A DNA stretch of 64,000 bases from Octopus sinensis (GCF_006345805.1 NC_043000.1:63426001-63490000), one strand, 5' to 3'. Counted from the first letter of the stretch, positions 22,211-35,180 are shown. The notes: a model not told the origin generated them from the sequence alone. Numbers and translations are program-made.

Positions 22211-22315
22211 CACACACACACACACATACATATACATATATACATTGCACATATACACATACATATATGCATGTCTGTTTGTCTGTCTATTTGTATGTCC
22301 ATCTGTCTGTCTGTC

Positions 22316-22347
<32 letters not shown>

Positions 22348-23030
22348 TGTATGTATGTATGTATGTATGTATGTATACACTCATTTTAGTACAGCATCCT
22401 ATCAAAATGACTGTAGTTCTTTTGGTAGGGTGTGGAATAAATTATTTAAATATACTGTTTAGCATAAATATCTTTAATCTGATATACTTTTAATCACAAC
22501 TTTTTTACAACACTTGATTATTTCCTTGACCTTTATCATCAATCTCAAATTTGAAGTTAATTCGATTCCATGTTTTATTCCTATCTATATGAAGTAGGCC
22601 AGAGCTGAAGCCAGTTTACGCCAAGAACAAACCTGCGTTATAAAAAGATAGATCTTGCGATTTTTTGTTCTCATTGCATGTGCAGTAATAATTGAAGGTA
22701 GTCTCCATCTCAATAAGAATGTTATGATTGCGTCACTTTGAGTCTAATCAGTTCTCGGAAAGCAACACTTTGTTGGTTTTTGTCATACGAGCGTGAATGA
22801 GTGAATAGAAAATTCATCTCGTGATAGGTCGACCAAACAGGCGCCATTCAAAAGTTTAAGGTTCGAAGAAGCATTGTTATGGCGTCTTTCTTTAACTTCA
22901 GTTAATTGGAAATTATTCAATGTATTTCCGGTTCCTCATTATCATTAACTTGTGAGTCAACATATTTTTATGTTAATAACATCAAGGGGAATATAGTCCA
23001 ATAAGTGATATGATTTGTGCATCTTTATAA

Positions 23031-23225
23031 GGTGGAGAGCTGGCAGAATCGTTAGCATGCCGGGTAAAATGCTTAGCGGCATTTCGTCCAAATCCGTCGA
23101 GTTCGACTTGGCCTTTTATCCCCTCGGGGTCGATAAAATAAGTGCCAGTTGAACACTGGGGTCGATATAGTCACTTACTCTCTAACCTGGAATTGTTGGC
23201 CTTGTGCCAAAATATAAAATTATTA
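23031..23225 (+). mobile_element. SINE-A2
   Basis: A head and body with an internal deletion, and tail TTGTTGGCCTTGTGCCAAAA. Confidence 0.85.
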
Positions 23226-23891
23226 ATGCATCTTTGTCTCTTGTAAAAGTTATCTTTGTTGAAACTTCGCGTGTTTCGTCTTCATTTGTGATATTAAAGA
23301 ATAAACAATATCTCGTCAAAAAGAATTTCTATGCTACATGGATCCATTATCACATTTTATAGAGTTCCATCGTGAATTTTAAGAAGCTAAGTTGATAATT
23401 CATTTAGCCTTATTACTTTCCAACTTCCAGTGAGATTTCATTTTTGTACGTATCTCTGATGCAGTGCCTATTTGATGCATGACCCGACGATATCAGCCTT
23501 CGAGCCTCTTCAGTCATGTTTACTGTTTGATGAACGGTTTAACATTCTTCATAATCATATTTGGGAAGATTTATTTTGATAACTCTGGGAATACTAGAGG
23601 AGAGTACGAACGCTTCGTCGATCGTGAAGAAAGAAATCTGGAGGATACAATTAGTGTTAGAGGAAAGAATTATCAGGAAAGTTGTTGATGTATCTCGAAC
23701 GAAAAGCTTAAATTTTTCTTGTGTTATTACTGTAGTTGTAAAGGAAAGATCATGTTTTTCTTCTTTGCTCCAAGTAACCAATTAAAATATTGTACAAATA
23801 CATTTTGGTGACTCCTCTTTGGCCATCGATGAAAAAGGATTTGAGATTATCATTGGCCTCAGAGAAAATACATTCAACTAATTATCGGTAC

Positions 23892-23960
23892 CTAAAATTT
23901 ATGTTCCTGACTCTTGCTTCATCTTCATCTGGTTCAGTCAGGTTCTTGTAGAATACGATC
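23892..23960 (-). CDS. Candidate 69-bp exon (unidentified)
   Basis: Acceptor GGTATTGTTTTTCAG and donor AG|GTACCG. Frame IVFYKNLTEPDEDEARVRNINF(R). No homologue recognised. Confidence 0.25.
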
Positions 23961-24863
23961 CTGAAAAACAATACCAGAATCCAGTAATTCCAATGATGAT
24001 GGATTAATAAAATATTTTCAATGTTTTTCAAGCATTTATTTCTATATATTTCAAAGAATCTCCTTGATTAAAATAATCTTTTCTTCAAATTGCCGATAGA
24101 GTCGCTCCAAATTTTTTTCTTTTTTTATTTTCATAACGCATATCAAAGCAAACTAATGTCTCGTATGAGTAGTTTGCTGGAGAAAGCTTCAATCATACAT
24201 TTAATTGACACATCGAAATTGTTGATAAAATTTCGTTATTGTGTGGTTTCTAAAAAATTGCGCAGAAAATTCCATCTATTTCCCGCAGTCAGTCTAAGCT
24301 TGTTGTTCCTTTCACATTCAACAACCGTATTCTGAGTTTGAAGTACTTAGTCTCTCAAGAACTAGCAATATAGATTCTTGTAATAGTTTTACTGGAGAAT
24401 CGAATTTTTAGTGATGTCTTGGGAAAAACCTAATGATAAAAAATGACTGAATGGAATGGGCCACTGGCAGCACTCCTTGTTGATACAAGAGAGTGTGCTA
24501 TAGATATGTATTTTATTGATTAGTAGCTTTTAAAATTGTCTTTATTTTCTTTCAGTGAAGAACATACTCTTCTTTTTCCAAATATCATCCTTATAATGCA
24601 TGTGACTTGTATCACCTTTTGTTTTCTTATAATTGCAATATTCTTCCAAGAGCGCTAAGGTATCTCACAGTTAAGTGTTGTATGACTTCATTGTCCGACA
24701 AAATACCATGCAGTATTTACTTACTGCATTTTATTTGTGAGGCCAAATCCCATTGAGATCAACTTTGTCTTTCATCCTTCGGGAGTCAATAATATAAAAT
24801 GACAAGTCAAGTACTCTTAATCCAAATATCTAGTTTTGTACCTGTGTTAGAAATTTTCATTAA

Positions 24864-24895
24864 CTAGCCAGCCCTGTGGAAATTCCACAATGTAA
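24864..24895 (-). mobile_element. Helitron-like 3' terminus
   Basis: Minus strand: hairpin TGTGGAATTTCCACA, 7 nt, then CTAG followed by T. Confidence 0.45.
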
Positions 24896-25992
24896 TTCAG
24901 CATATTTGAAAGCCAAATATTAAACACAAGTAAAGAATTTCAAAACATGCTTTAGAATCCTGTCATTTAATCAAAACTGTACTTTTATATATAGTTGAAA
25001 TGATTATAGAAGGTATTGCCTATTTAACCTCCTTTTAAAAGTTGGACAGATATGTAAGGAAATAAAGGATAAATTAAAATGATAAGACTTATTAATATAT
25101 TTTTTAAAATGAACTTTTTGCTGGCCAGCCACCACCAAGGCTCAGCTCAAGTTTTCTGTCAATAAGCTTATTTTCATTTCTTTTCATTTCATTTCAATTC
25201 AGCTATCTATTTGTATGTCTATTAATATATTCTCTATCTATATATTTCTCTATTTGCATATCTATTGATAAATCTAGACTGTCTATCTATCTGTCTGTGT
25301 GTCCTATTAACGATCACTATCACATTAACTTTTCCTTCTGCCGAAGTATATGTGTAGATACTCTCATAATACCAACAAGCATTTAAAGCTAAAAACAAAC
25401 AAGCATAAAGTGAATAATGGCGGTGCCCCAGCATAGATGTAACCTTTGGTCAGGAACACATAAAATATAAATGTGTTATATTCACATTTCTAAATGATAA
25501 ATTTACATATTTTCATGACATTGTTTTATTATATTAAACATTGCAACTCTGTGATTTGAACACATAAATGCAGAATAATATAGATCTTCCCTCTCTCCCT
25601 CTCCCACGCTCTCTTTCGTATATTCATTGATTCCACTATTTCTGTTTCTTTCTTTGTCTCCCACTTCTCCTCTATATATCTTTCTCCATTCGAATTATTA
25701 TCTCCCTTGGCCTTTGCATGACACACGGATAAAAATAGAAAGACCACAGAAACGTGTAGGATAATATTATAGATTTTCCCAAGTTAAACATTCACATGAT
25801 CATAGCTCTTATGGCCTAACTAGTGTTTGATGATGAAGATGAATGATTTCACTAAAGAACATATTTCTATACTGACATGTCAGTTAACTTTGAATCGTAA
25901 ATTTTGAAGGCGATGCTTGTTGTAAGGAATCGTGCATCTAAAACCAACAGTGTTGTTACCCATACATTTTCTATACATTGGGTGTTTGTGAA

Positions 25993-26401
25993 GGCGGCGA
26001 GCTGGCAGAAACGTTAGCACGCCGGGCGAAATGCTTAGCGGTATTTCGTCTGCCGTTACGTTGTGAGTTCAAATTCCGTCGAGGTCGACTTTGCCTTTCA
26101 TCCTTTCGGGGTCGATAAATTAAGTACCAGTTACGCACTGGAGTTGATGCAATCGACTTAATCCCTATGTCTGTCCTTGTTTGTCCCCTCTATGTTTAGC
26201 CCCTTGTGGGTAATAAAGAAATAGGTATTTCGTTTGTTGTTACGTTGTGAGTTCAAATTCCGCCGAGGTCGACTTTGCCTTTCATCCTTTAGAGGTCGAT
26301 AAATAAAGTTTCGCGCTGGGGTCGATGTAATCGACTTAATCCCTTTGTCTGTCCTTGTTTGTCCCCTCTATGTTTAGCCCCTTGTGAGTAGTAAAGAAAT
26401 A
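25993..26401 (+). mobile_element. SINE-A1 head-to-tail dimer
   Basis: A full unit ending AATAAAGAAATA is joined directly to GGTATTTCG.. of a second, head-less unit (junction at 26223/26224). Confidence 0.92.
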
Positions 26402-26819
26402 TATACATTAAGGGTTTGTAAACATTTACTTGAATATGCATCTGAATTTCAGAGGGAAGCATTTACTACATTCATTGTTCTCCATGCATGATTTAGATTG
26501 CCACAGGGACCATGAATCGGTTTCATGAAATGTTTGCTCAGTGGATTAGGTATTACAGTGCACACGACTTCGTCTATTCTAGTTTGGATAATTTAATTTA
26601 TTTTCTTTGCCCAAGGTGATTAGAATAAACGTATGAGGTGATTCTCATCCCTAGAATTTGATAGAATAGCAACATACATTAATATTCCCCAGAATATTAT
26701 TTTCAAAGATATAGTTCAATAATGCTTAACATACACTTGAATTTGCCTCACTCTTAGAGATCTTTGAGTTTCGTGCAGCTTTCGTACGTCGACTATCAGA
26801 AAGAGGCTTTCCAATACCA

Positions 26820-27143
<324 letters not shown>

Positions 27144-27144
27144 A

Positions 27145-27500
27145 CGAGGGTAAGTCGAAAATTATCCGCACTTTCGCCATAACATACATTCATTATTGTC
27201 ACACTACCTTTTGCCCATGCGTGCTTATAGTTGGTACCATTGTGGTCACGTGATCGAAGTTTGAACCTGATAGTGCCAATTTTCTTTCTGGTTTTACAGT
27301 GAAAGCACGGCCGCTCCACTAGCAATGAGCACCAAAGAAGAACAAAGAGAAGTGATCCGATTTTTCTGGAAATGGGATGTACGATCAACAGGGCAAGATA
27401 CAGTGCTTTGCTGGCCAACAAACTGAAGCCAGCAATTCGCACCAAACTCCGAAGCCTGTTGTCGAAGAAAGTTTTGTTGTTGCATGACAATGCACGCCCA
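27145..27500 (+). mobile_element. Internally deleted mariner (5' TIR plus fused N-terminal and catalytic fragments)
   Basis: TA-CGAGGGTAAGTCGAAAATTATCCGCA. TKEEQREVIRFF is joined to GCTINRARYSALLANKLKPAIRTK..VLLLHDNARP. Confidence 0.85.
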
Positions 27501-27544
27501 TTAGGTGATACAAAAAAGGGACAACAAAACATTCAGATAGACGA

Positions 27545-27850
27545 TAGTAAGAAAACAAGGACGGGTCATTCGGAATTTTCTTTCCTCAGTCGAGTTCCAG
27601 ATTATCTTTGAATTTCGGCCGGTTATACTCGAGATTGCTCCAATCTGGCCAGCCCCAAGGAAAAACTAAGCTAAGAGCATTAGATTCCTTGGAAGAAAGC
27701 AGCGCATGTATACGAAAACAAGGATGGAAAAAAAACGTAGAATGTTACACAAGTACAAATAACAGGACATAACAACAGGTGTCTTTCGACTAAGGACGAA
27801 TTAAATTAAACTGGCGTGTGTGGAAAATAAAGCCTTACGACAGGGATTCA
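27545..27850 (-). mobile_element. Unclassified interspersed repeat D (copy 1)
   Basis: Its reverse complement aligns with 32845-33150 (CACACGCCAG..AGTCGAAAGAC..CTAATGCTCTTAGCTTA..GACTGANGAAAG..GAATGACCCGTC). Confidence 0.7.
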
Positions 27851-28371
27851 AGATTTTACATGTTGCACGGACGACGGCCGGACCAAGAAAAAAAATCAGG
27901 CTTGGCCGAACACCAGTCACGTGGGGAGAGAATACAGAGAGATAGAGGCAGAGGGACAGAAGAATTAAGGAATGGCGAGAAAAAATGACGGACACAGTGA
28001 AGTAAAAAGAGGAAGGAAAGTGAGCAAGAAGAGAAGGCAGGGAAATGTGAGAGAGGGGGAACGAAAGAACGAAGAGTGGAATGAAATATACATATATATA
28101 TATATAATTGAAAAAAATTGTAGAAACAATTGTAGTGATTGAAAATAAATATCCAACCGTACCCCTTCTTTGTGACTTCAAATTTTTTCAATTATCTATT
28201 TCAATTTTTTCAATTTTTTCAATTATCTATTTACACACGACAGAAGCTCAGACGCAAACCTGGAAGTACGTATAATACTGCTACTGGATAGCACAGGATG
28301 AAAGCTGAAGGTGGACGAGCTTTATACTGTACTCTACTACGTTCTTAACAGGATATATCATAACTAACCTA

Positions 28372-28429
<58 letters not shown>

Positions 28430-28807
28430 AAAGATAAATAGTTGAGATAGATAGCTAGATTGTATATATATATATACCGTAAAACCTCGTGTATAATCCG
28501 CATCTTCTTCTCAAAATTTAAAGGTCAAAATCCCTAGTGCGTTCTATATACGAGGTTAAAAATGAAAATTATTTTCTAAGCAATGTCCGAGTCTCTATTT
28601 GCTGTCCGGCAATGTTTAGTCAGACGCATTTTGTGATGTCGGGCGCGAAAATACCTTAAGCTAAACCTGAAAGCAATGAAGGCATAAAAGAATCATCTAT
28701 AACTTGCAATAAGCAACATTTATTAAACGTTATTACTGTTATTGCTGTTATTTCTTTATTTTCTGCAAACACAACGCACAAAAAAGCTACACGTTTGCAT
28801 TATGTTA

Positions 28808-30069
28808 CGAGGGGCATTCAATAAGTAATGCCCCTGACCCACTTCCCATAGCAGTAGAGCAACGAAACTTGGCATAGTTATTAGTCTTTTTCTACATAGG
28901 AACCACCCAGAGTTACGCATTTCTCCCATCGTTTGATGCGGCTCTGGAGACCGTTTTTGTAGAAGAACCCAGCTTGGTCCTCCAACCTCAACGTGACTTC
29001 AGAAATCAAGGCTGCATCATCTGGGAAACGCTTTCCTTTCAAAAACAACTTCATGATTGGGAAGAGGTGAAAATCAGAGGGTGCAAGGTCAGGAAAGTAG
29101 GGGGGATGGGGAGGAGTTCATAGCCATACGCCTGTGCTTCTGATCTGGCGACAAGCGAGTTGTGGACCGGAGCGTTGTCCTGCAGGAGGAGGATGCCTTT
29201 GCTGATCTTGCCCCGCCTCTTGATTTTGATAACTCCTCTTAATTTCCTCAAAAGTGAAGCATAATAGGCTCCTGCAATTGTGGTACCCTTTGCCAGGAAA
29301 TCTGTTATCACTACTCCGTCCTGGTCCCAGAAGATTGTGAGCATGACCTTGCCAGCGGAGGGCTGCACCCTTGCCTTCTTTGGAGGGGGTGAGTCACGGT
29401 GCTTCCACTGCATTGACTGGGATTTGGTCTCTGGATCATCGTGATGGACCCAGGTTTCATCCTGTGTGTGTCTTTTCAAAAATGTTGACTCATCTTCTTG
29501 GCACATCTCCAAATTCACCCTCGAGCACTCGACACGTTCTTGCTTCTGGAAAGGCGTGAGCAACCTGGGAATCCATCTAGCAGACACCTTTTGCATATGC
29601 AAATGGTCATGAATGATAGTTTCCACAGACCCGGTACTAATCTTGACCTCATGGGCTATTTGGCGAATAATTATGCGTCGATCTTCCAAAATGGCAGCCT
29701 CAACTTGACGGACAGATGCCTCATCAATGGCAGAAGGAGCTGTTTCCACAGAGTTCCGACCATGTTTGAATTCACGATGCCAGCGTTTTACAAGGTCATA
29801 TGATGGGGCATCATCACCATAAGTTACTTTCATTTCATCAAAAGTCTCCCGTGGTGTGCGTCCTTTCAAATACAAAAACCGGATCACTGTTCGACACTCA
29901 ACAGGCTCCATTTCAGACTTGACTCGGTTCAAACACCTGTAAATCAGAAACCACAATTAATTCAGAGCTGTAATTTGCCACCTACTCTATAGAGATATAA
30001 ATAATTGCACATGCAAAATTTCAGACAACTGCAAGTGGGTCAGAGGCATTACTTATTGAACGTCCCTCG
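28808..30069 (-). mobile_element. Mariner (irritans/Himar1-like, DD34D), copy 1
   Basis: About 33-bp TIRs CGAGGGGCATTCAATAAGTAATGCCCCTGACCC with a TA TSD. Transposase motifs WIPRLL, QDETW, LQDNAPVH and (H)PPYFPDLAPSDF. Confidence 0.97.
28881..29911 (-). pseudogene. Mariner transposase, copy 1
   Basis: Runs MEPVEC to YVEKD*. Has an 18-nt in-frame deletion removing the RSGRP motif, a 3-nt deletion before QDETW, and a 1-nt deletion in HPPY before the third D. Confidence 0.93.
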
Positions 30070-30294
30070 TATATGTACAATAATAATAAAGGACGTTACC
30101 GTATACATTTTTACAAACCAAGGACGTTATATAGACTTCCTTGACTTAAGCTAGAGAAGGGGTGCTTATTATACACAAGGTTTAGGTTTTTCAGAGGTAC
30201 AGCCCTCTAAAAATCCCCTGCGTATTATACTCAAGGGCGGACTATGCCCAAGGATTTACGGTATATATATATATATATAATATATATATAATAT

Positions 30295-30373
<79 letters not shown>

Positions 30374-30380
30374 GTATATA

Positions 30381-30457
<77 letters not shown>

Positions 30458-30469
30458 ATGTATGTATAT

Positions 30470-30671
30470 AATTTCCTGGTTTTGGCTGAAAGAAGATACA
30501 CGAGGAACAGTTAATTAGGATTTTATTGAACATATTCTCCTCTCAGATTCAAACACTTATTGCAACTGTCCTTCAGTTTATCTAAGCCATGTAAAAGAAC
30601 ACTGAAAGTTGGGACTCCAGCCAGGCTTTTCGCGACACCCTTAAAGCCAGGAACTTTTCAGCAACCCCTCG
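30470..30671. mobile_element. Mariner MITE, second copy of the 6576-6768 family
   Basis: TTTCCTGGTTTTGG..AAAGCCAGGAACTTTTCAGCAACCCCTCG-TA. The left TIR is lost in a microsatellite. Confidence 0.8.
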
Positions 30672-30738
30672 TATGTATATTGTATCTGTGTATGCACACA
30701 CACTCATACACTCACACACACACACACACCACACACAC

Positions 30739-30775
<37 letters not shown>

Positions 30776-30776
30776 T

Positions 30777-30841
<65 letters not shown>

Positions 30842-30854
30842 TATAGAATATATA

Positions 30855-30923
<69 letters not shown>

Positions 30924-30949
30924 ATCTTATCCTTTATATCTTTCAGCCC

Positions 30950-31041
<92 letters not shown>

Positions 31042-31499
31042 CCTCTATCTCTCTCTATACACACACACACAGATATATATATATATATATATATAATATA
31101 TATATATAAATGTCTATGACTTTGCGGTGTCTTACACCCAGCGCTTTGCGTGTGCATACGCTCCACCACACCATTGCAGCCACTGGAAAATACACAAAGC
31201 ATATATATTAAGTATACGTAGTTAATAATATTTATTATACTGAGCTGCCTTTATTTCATATGTAAATTTTCTATTATGTATGCAATTTCCGGGCATACAA
31301 GTACACGATTTTACAAGTCATGAGCATATAAGTCGTGGACTGGCTAGGTAACTGGCCTTTTACCCGGGCGGGTATATGGTGTTGACAAGTCACTGAAATA
31401 CCGAAACACCCGGTCTCCAGTACATCCAGATGGGATTGAAGGTAAGTTATCTCGCTTGTCTATGATTTTGAGGTGTCTTACACCATGCTCTTTAGGTGT

Positions 31500-31954
31500 G
31501 TGTGTGTGTGTATGTGTACACACACACACTCCGTCACGATATTGCCGCCACCTGAAAATACACAAAGCATATACATTAAGTATATATAGTTAATGATAAT
31601 TATACTAGAGCTGCTTTTATTTCATATGTAAATATATACATACATACATATATAAGTGCGTGTGTATGTATGTATGTATGTATGTATGTATGTATGTATG
31701 TATGTATGTATGTATGTATGTATGTATGTATGTATAGGCGCAGGCGTAGTTGAGTGGTAAGAGATCTTCCCAATGGTTCATTCCCACATGGTTCATTCCC
31801 ACTGCGTGACAATTTGAGCAAGTGTCTTCTGCTGTGGCCACCGGCTGAGCAAAGCCTTGTGAGTGGATCTGGTAGAAAGAAACTTAAAAGAAGCCCGTCG
31901 TATATCTATATGTATATATTTATGTGTGAATGTGTGTGTGTGTGTGTGGTATGT

Positions 31955-31992
<38 letters not shown>

Positions 31993-32410
31993 CGTCACGA
32001 TATTGCCGCCACCTGAAAATACACAAAGCATATACATTAAGTATATATAGTTAATGATAATTATACTAGAGCTGCTTTTATTTCATATGTAAATATATAC
32101 ATACATACATATATATGTGCGTGTGTATGTATGTATGTATGTATGTATGTATGTATGTATGTATGTATGTATGTATGTATGTATGTATGTATAGGCGCAG
32201 GCGTAGTTGAGTGGTAAGAGATCTTCCCAATGGTTCATTCCCACATGGTTCATTCCCACTGCGTGACAATTTGAGCAAGTGTCTTCTGCTGTGGCCACCG
32301 GCTGAGCAAAGCCTTGTGAGTGGATCTGGTAGAAAGAAACTTAAAAGAAGCCCGTCGTATATCTATATGTATATATCTATGTGTGAATGTGTGTGTGTGT
32401 GTGTGTGTGT
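31500..32410 (+). repeat. Tandem duplication, unit about 460 bp (contains a SINE-B 5' half)
   Basis: CTCCGTCACGATATTGCC occurs at 31529 and 31990. ATAGGCGCAGGCGTAG occurs at 31734 and 32191. Non-microsatellite parts look identical. Confidence 0.95.
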
Positions 32411-32539
32411 GTATTTTTGTCTGTGTTTTCCCCATCTTTTGACAACCGATGTTGGTGTCTTTACGCCTCTGTAACCTAGCTGTTCGACCTATATATGTAT
32501 ATATATATATATATAATAGATCGCCATGATAGATCGCTA

Positions 32540-32660
32540 GCCACTACACATTTTTTATTTTCTCTGTTTCTTTCTGTGTTCCTTTCTGTGGAAGAGCGTT
32601 ATACTAATACATCTGTTTGTTGTCTACACCAACCGTCTTCGTCTTTTGCTTTTTTTGTGA
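32540..32660 (+). mobile_element. PLE-type terminal repeat with its HHR centre deleted
   Basis: Aligns with the reverse complement of 50995-51165. It lacks AGGCTCGAAACG..GGGCGT, with GCGT microhomology at the break. Confidence 0.7.
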
Positions 32661-32673
32661 ATTTCCCCCCCTA

Positions 32674-32759
<86 letters not shown>

Positions 32760-32844
32760 ATATTATATATATATATATATATACGATACGAACGTCTGTC
32801 TATACATACGATACGAATGTATATATAGTCCATCTCCCATGTTC

Positions 32845-33150
32845 CTGCCTTTAGGCTTTCATTTCATACACGCCAGCTCAATTTGAATCGTTCTCAGTCG
32901 AAAGACGCCTTTTGTTATTTCTTGTTGTATTCGTAATTGTGTACCATGTTCTCTCTGTTTTTGTTTTTGTTTTTTTTTCTTTGTTGCAATAAATGTTCGC
33001 TAGCTTTCTTACAAAGGGGTCTAATGCTCTTAGCTTAAACTTTTTAGAGGACAACCAGATTGAACCATCTCAAATATAACTGTCCGAAATGGTCGTGAAT
33101 TCTGGTACTTGACTGATGAAAGAAAGCCAAGAATGACCCGTCTTTTTTTG
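32845..33150 (+). mobile_element. Unclassified interspersed repeat D (copy 2)
   Basis: See 27545-27850. Confidence 0.65.
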
Positions 33151-34323
33151 CCTGTCCTTCTAATTGTTGCTTCTCTTGTCCGCCTTTGTGTCGTCTATCT
33201 GTCCATTTATATATATATATATATACGATGCGAACGTCTGTCTGTATACATGTTTGTACCTTCGAGCGTTCCTATATTTCAAATATTCAGATGTAGGAAT
33301 TCAAGTCCACTACACTGCTGAAAAATCTTTTGGAAAAAAAATCTTCATTTGGTATTTATACGAACGAAATATAATCCCCCATTCCCGTATAAATTTATAC
33401 TCTAGCTGATGTGAATGTGGTGGGAGAGAAAGCGTTATAAATATAGAAATATTTTATTCAATATTTTTTTTTTCATCATAAAACAAAGAATATTCAATAG
33501 TTGTGTAGAGCATAATATACTTTATCACAAAATGTTTTTGTTATTTTGTATGTGTTATCATATTTGCTTCTATCAAGAAATCTAAAAAAATGTCTACTAT
33601 TCACTTTAAAAATTTGCGTTTGTGACCTGGACATCAATGTTTTGAGACTGGTCTATTTTCCACTACACTTCGGACAGATTCAAAAACAAAGTTTGAAGAA
33701 ATATTAGTCATTTTTCATACTTTCTAAGGATAAACAAGCAGGAACTAACAGTTGCTACCCAAGGACAAAAATCGAGTTACACAATGTCATAGAATAACAC
33801 TCCCACCTCGTCTTGTTTTTATATCTGATACAGAGTGTCGATTATATAACATTGCTTGTTTTTCTCAGTTTTGTTTTCATTAATATTTTGATCTTTCTGT
33901 GACATAATTTCTTCATTTTGAATCATTCGTTTGGCCTTTTCCAGCGGCTTTCTCTTCGTAGTGTATTTAGAATATGTCATATATAGTTAGCGTTATTTTA
34001 GCTGGTGGTGGGTGACTCTTGTATAAACGAAACGATACTTTTCTCACGGAAAAACAAAACCTAGAAAAAACTCGCTAACCATACAAAAAACTCAGCTGTC
34101 CGTAATTGCATCGGAAGCCATGACATCTGTTAAAGTAGAAGAAACTACCCACTTCTGTATAAACTTTCATACTACCTGCCAGCAAACTAACTAACAAACT
34201 GTCAACATAGTTACCTACACTTTTAATCCGTTTCTCACCTGGATACCAGCTGTTTTGGTAACAAATCAAAATACTTGATAATTTTCTAACGTTTGCAATA
34301 CAAACTACATTCAAGAAACCGTA

Positions 34324-34347
34324 CTCCCTTCTGCACTTTTAGACTTG

Positions 34348-34430
<83 letters not shown>

Positions 34431-34455
34431 CATAAGACTAAATTACGGAAAGGAG
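34324..34455. mobile_element. Small Tc1/mariner-type MITE with Stowaway-like TIRs around (GT)n
   Basis: TA-CTCCCTTCTGCACTTTTAGAC ... GACTAAATTACGGAAAGGAG-TA. Confidence 0.55.
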
Positions 34456-34988
34456 TACAGTTTTTTAATAGATTTCTGATAAAGGACTAACTCTAGAACA
34501 GTTTTTCGCTTACAATTTTTGCACCCTTTAGGCAAGAAAGAAAGGAGGGATTTTGCGCCTGTCAGAATATCTGGTTATTGTGAGAGAGTGAGAAAGGGTT
34601 AGAAAGAGAGAGACAGAAAAAGAAAGAAAGAAAGAAAGAAGGAAAGAAAGAAAGGAGGAAAGAAAGAGAGAGTGAGAGAGAGTAAGAGAATGAATTACCG
34701 AATACACACAAGCTCATCATAGACCTACTTAAAAAGATAAACACACATTTTACTAAGTTAGAATCCTTTCCTTGGATGTGTTCTCTATGTGTCTCTGAAT
34801 CTTTGTCTTGAAGAGCTGTCAGTAATCTGACCCTAGATGTTAGCCTATGTTAAATGCACAAAGCGACATAGTAAGCCGATACGATTGTTTGTGCGCACGA
34901 GTTTATGCGCACGCGTGCGTGTGCGTGTGCGTGTGTGTGTGCTCGTGTATTTATGTATGTATATATGTCTGTTTACATATATGTATGT

Positions 34989-35054
34989 ACACACACACAT
35001 GTTTGTATATCATCATCATCATCATTCATCATCATCATCATCGTCATCCTCATC

Positions 35055-35085
<31 letters not shown>

Positions 35086-35144
35086 CCACCATCATCATCA
35101 TCATCATCATCATCATTATCATCATCATCATCATCATCATCATT

Positions 35145-35180
<36 letters not shown>
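34989..35180. repeat. (CAT)n trinucleotide array, about 60 units
   Basis: Seen directly. Confidence 0.95.

Larger units (their letters stand above)
28477..30261. mobile_element. Pogo/Tc2-like MITE (about 520 bp) interrupted by mariner copy 1
   Basis: TIRs TA-CCGTAAAACCTCGTGTATAATCCGC and GCGGACTATGCCCAAGGATTTACGG-TA, with a TA TSD inside (TA)n. Confidence 0.85.

Noticed and set aside
25993-26085. tRNA genes in SINE heads (A, B and C families)
   Set aside because: They have A and B boxes, but no complete acceptor stem, and each continues into a SINE body.
29371-29803. Plus-strand ORFs over the mariners (also 42410-42733)
   Set aside because: They are antisense shadows of the transposase coding sequence.
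31340-31380. Hairpin TACCCG-GG-CGGGTA plus CTAG as a Helitron end
   Set aside because: The loop is only 2 nt, and CTAG is followed by C rather than T on the relevant strand.
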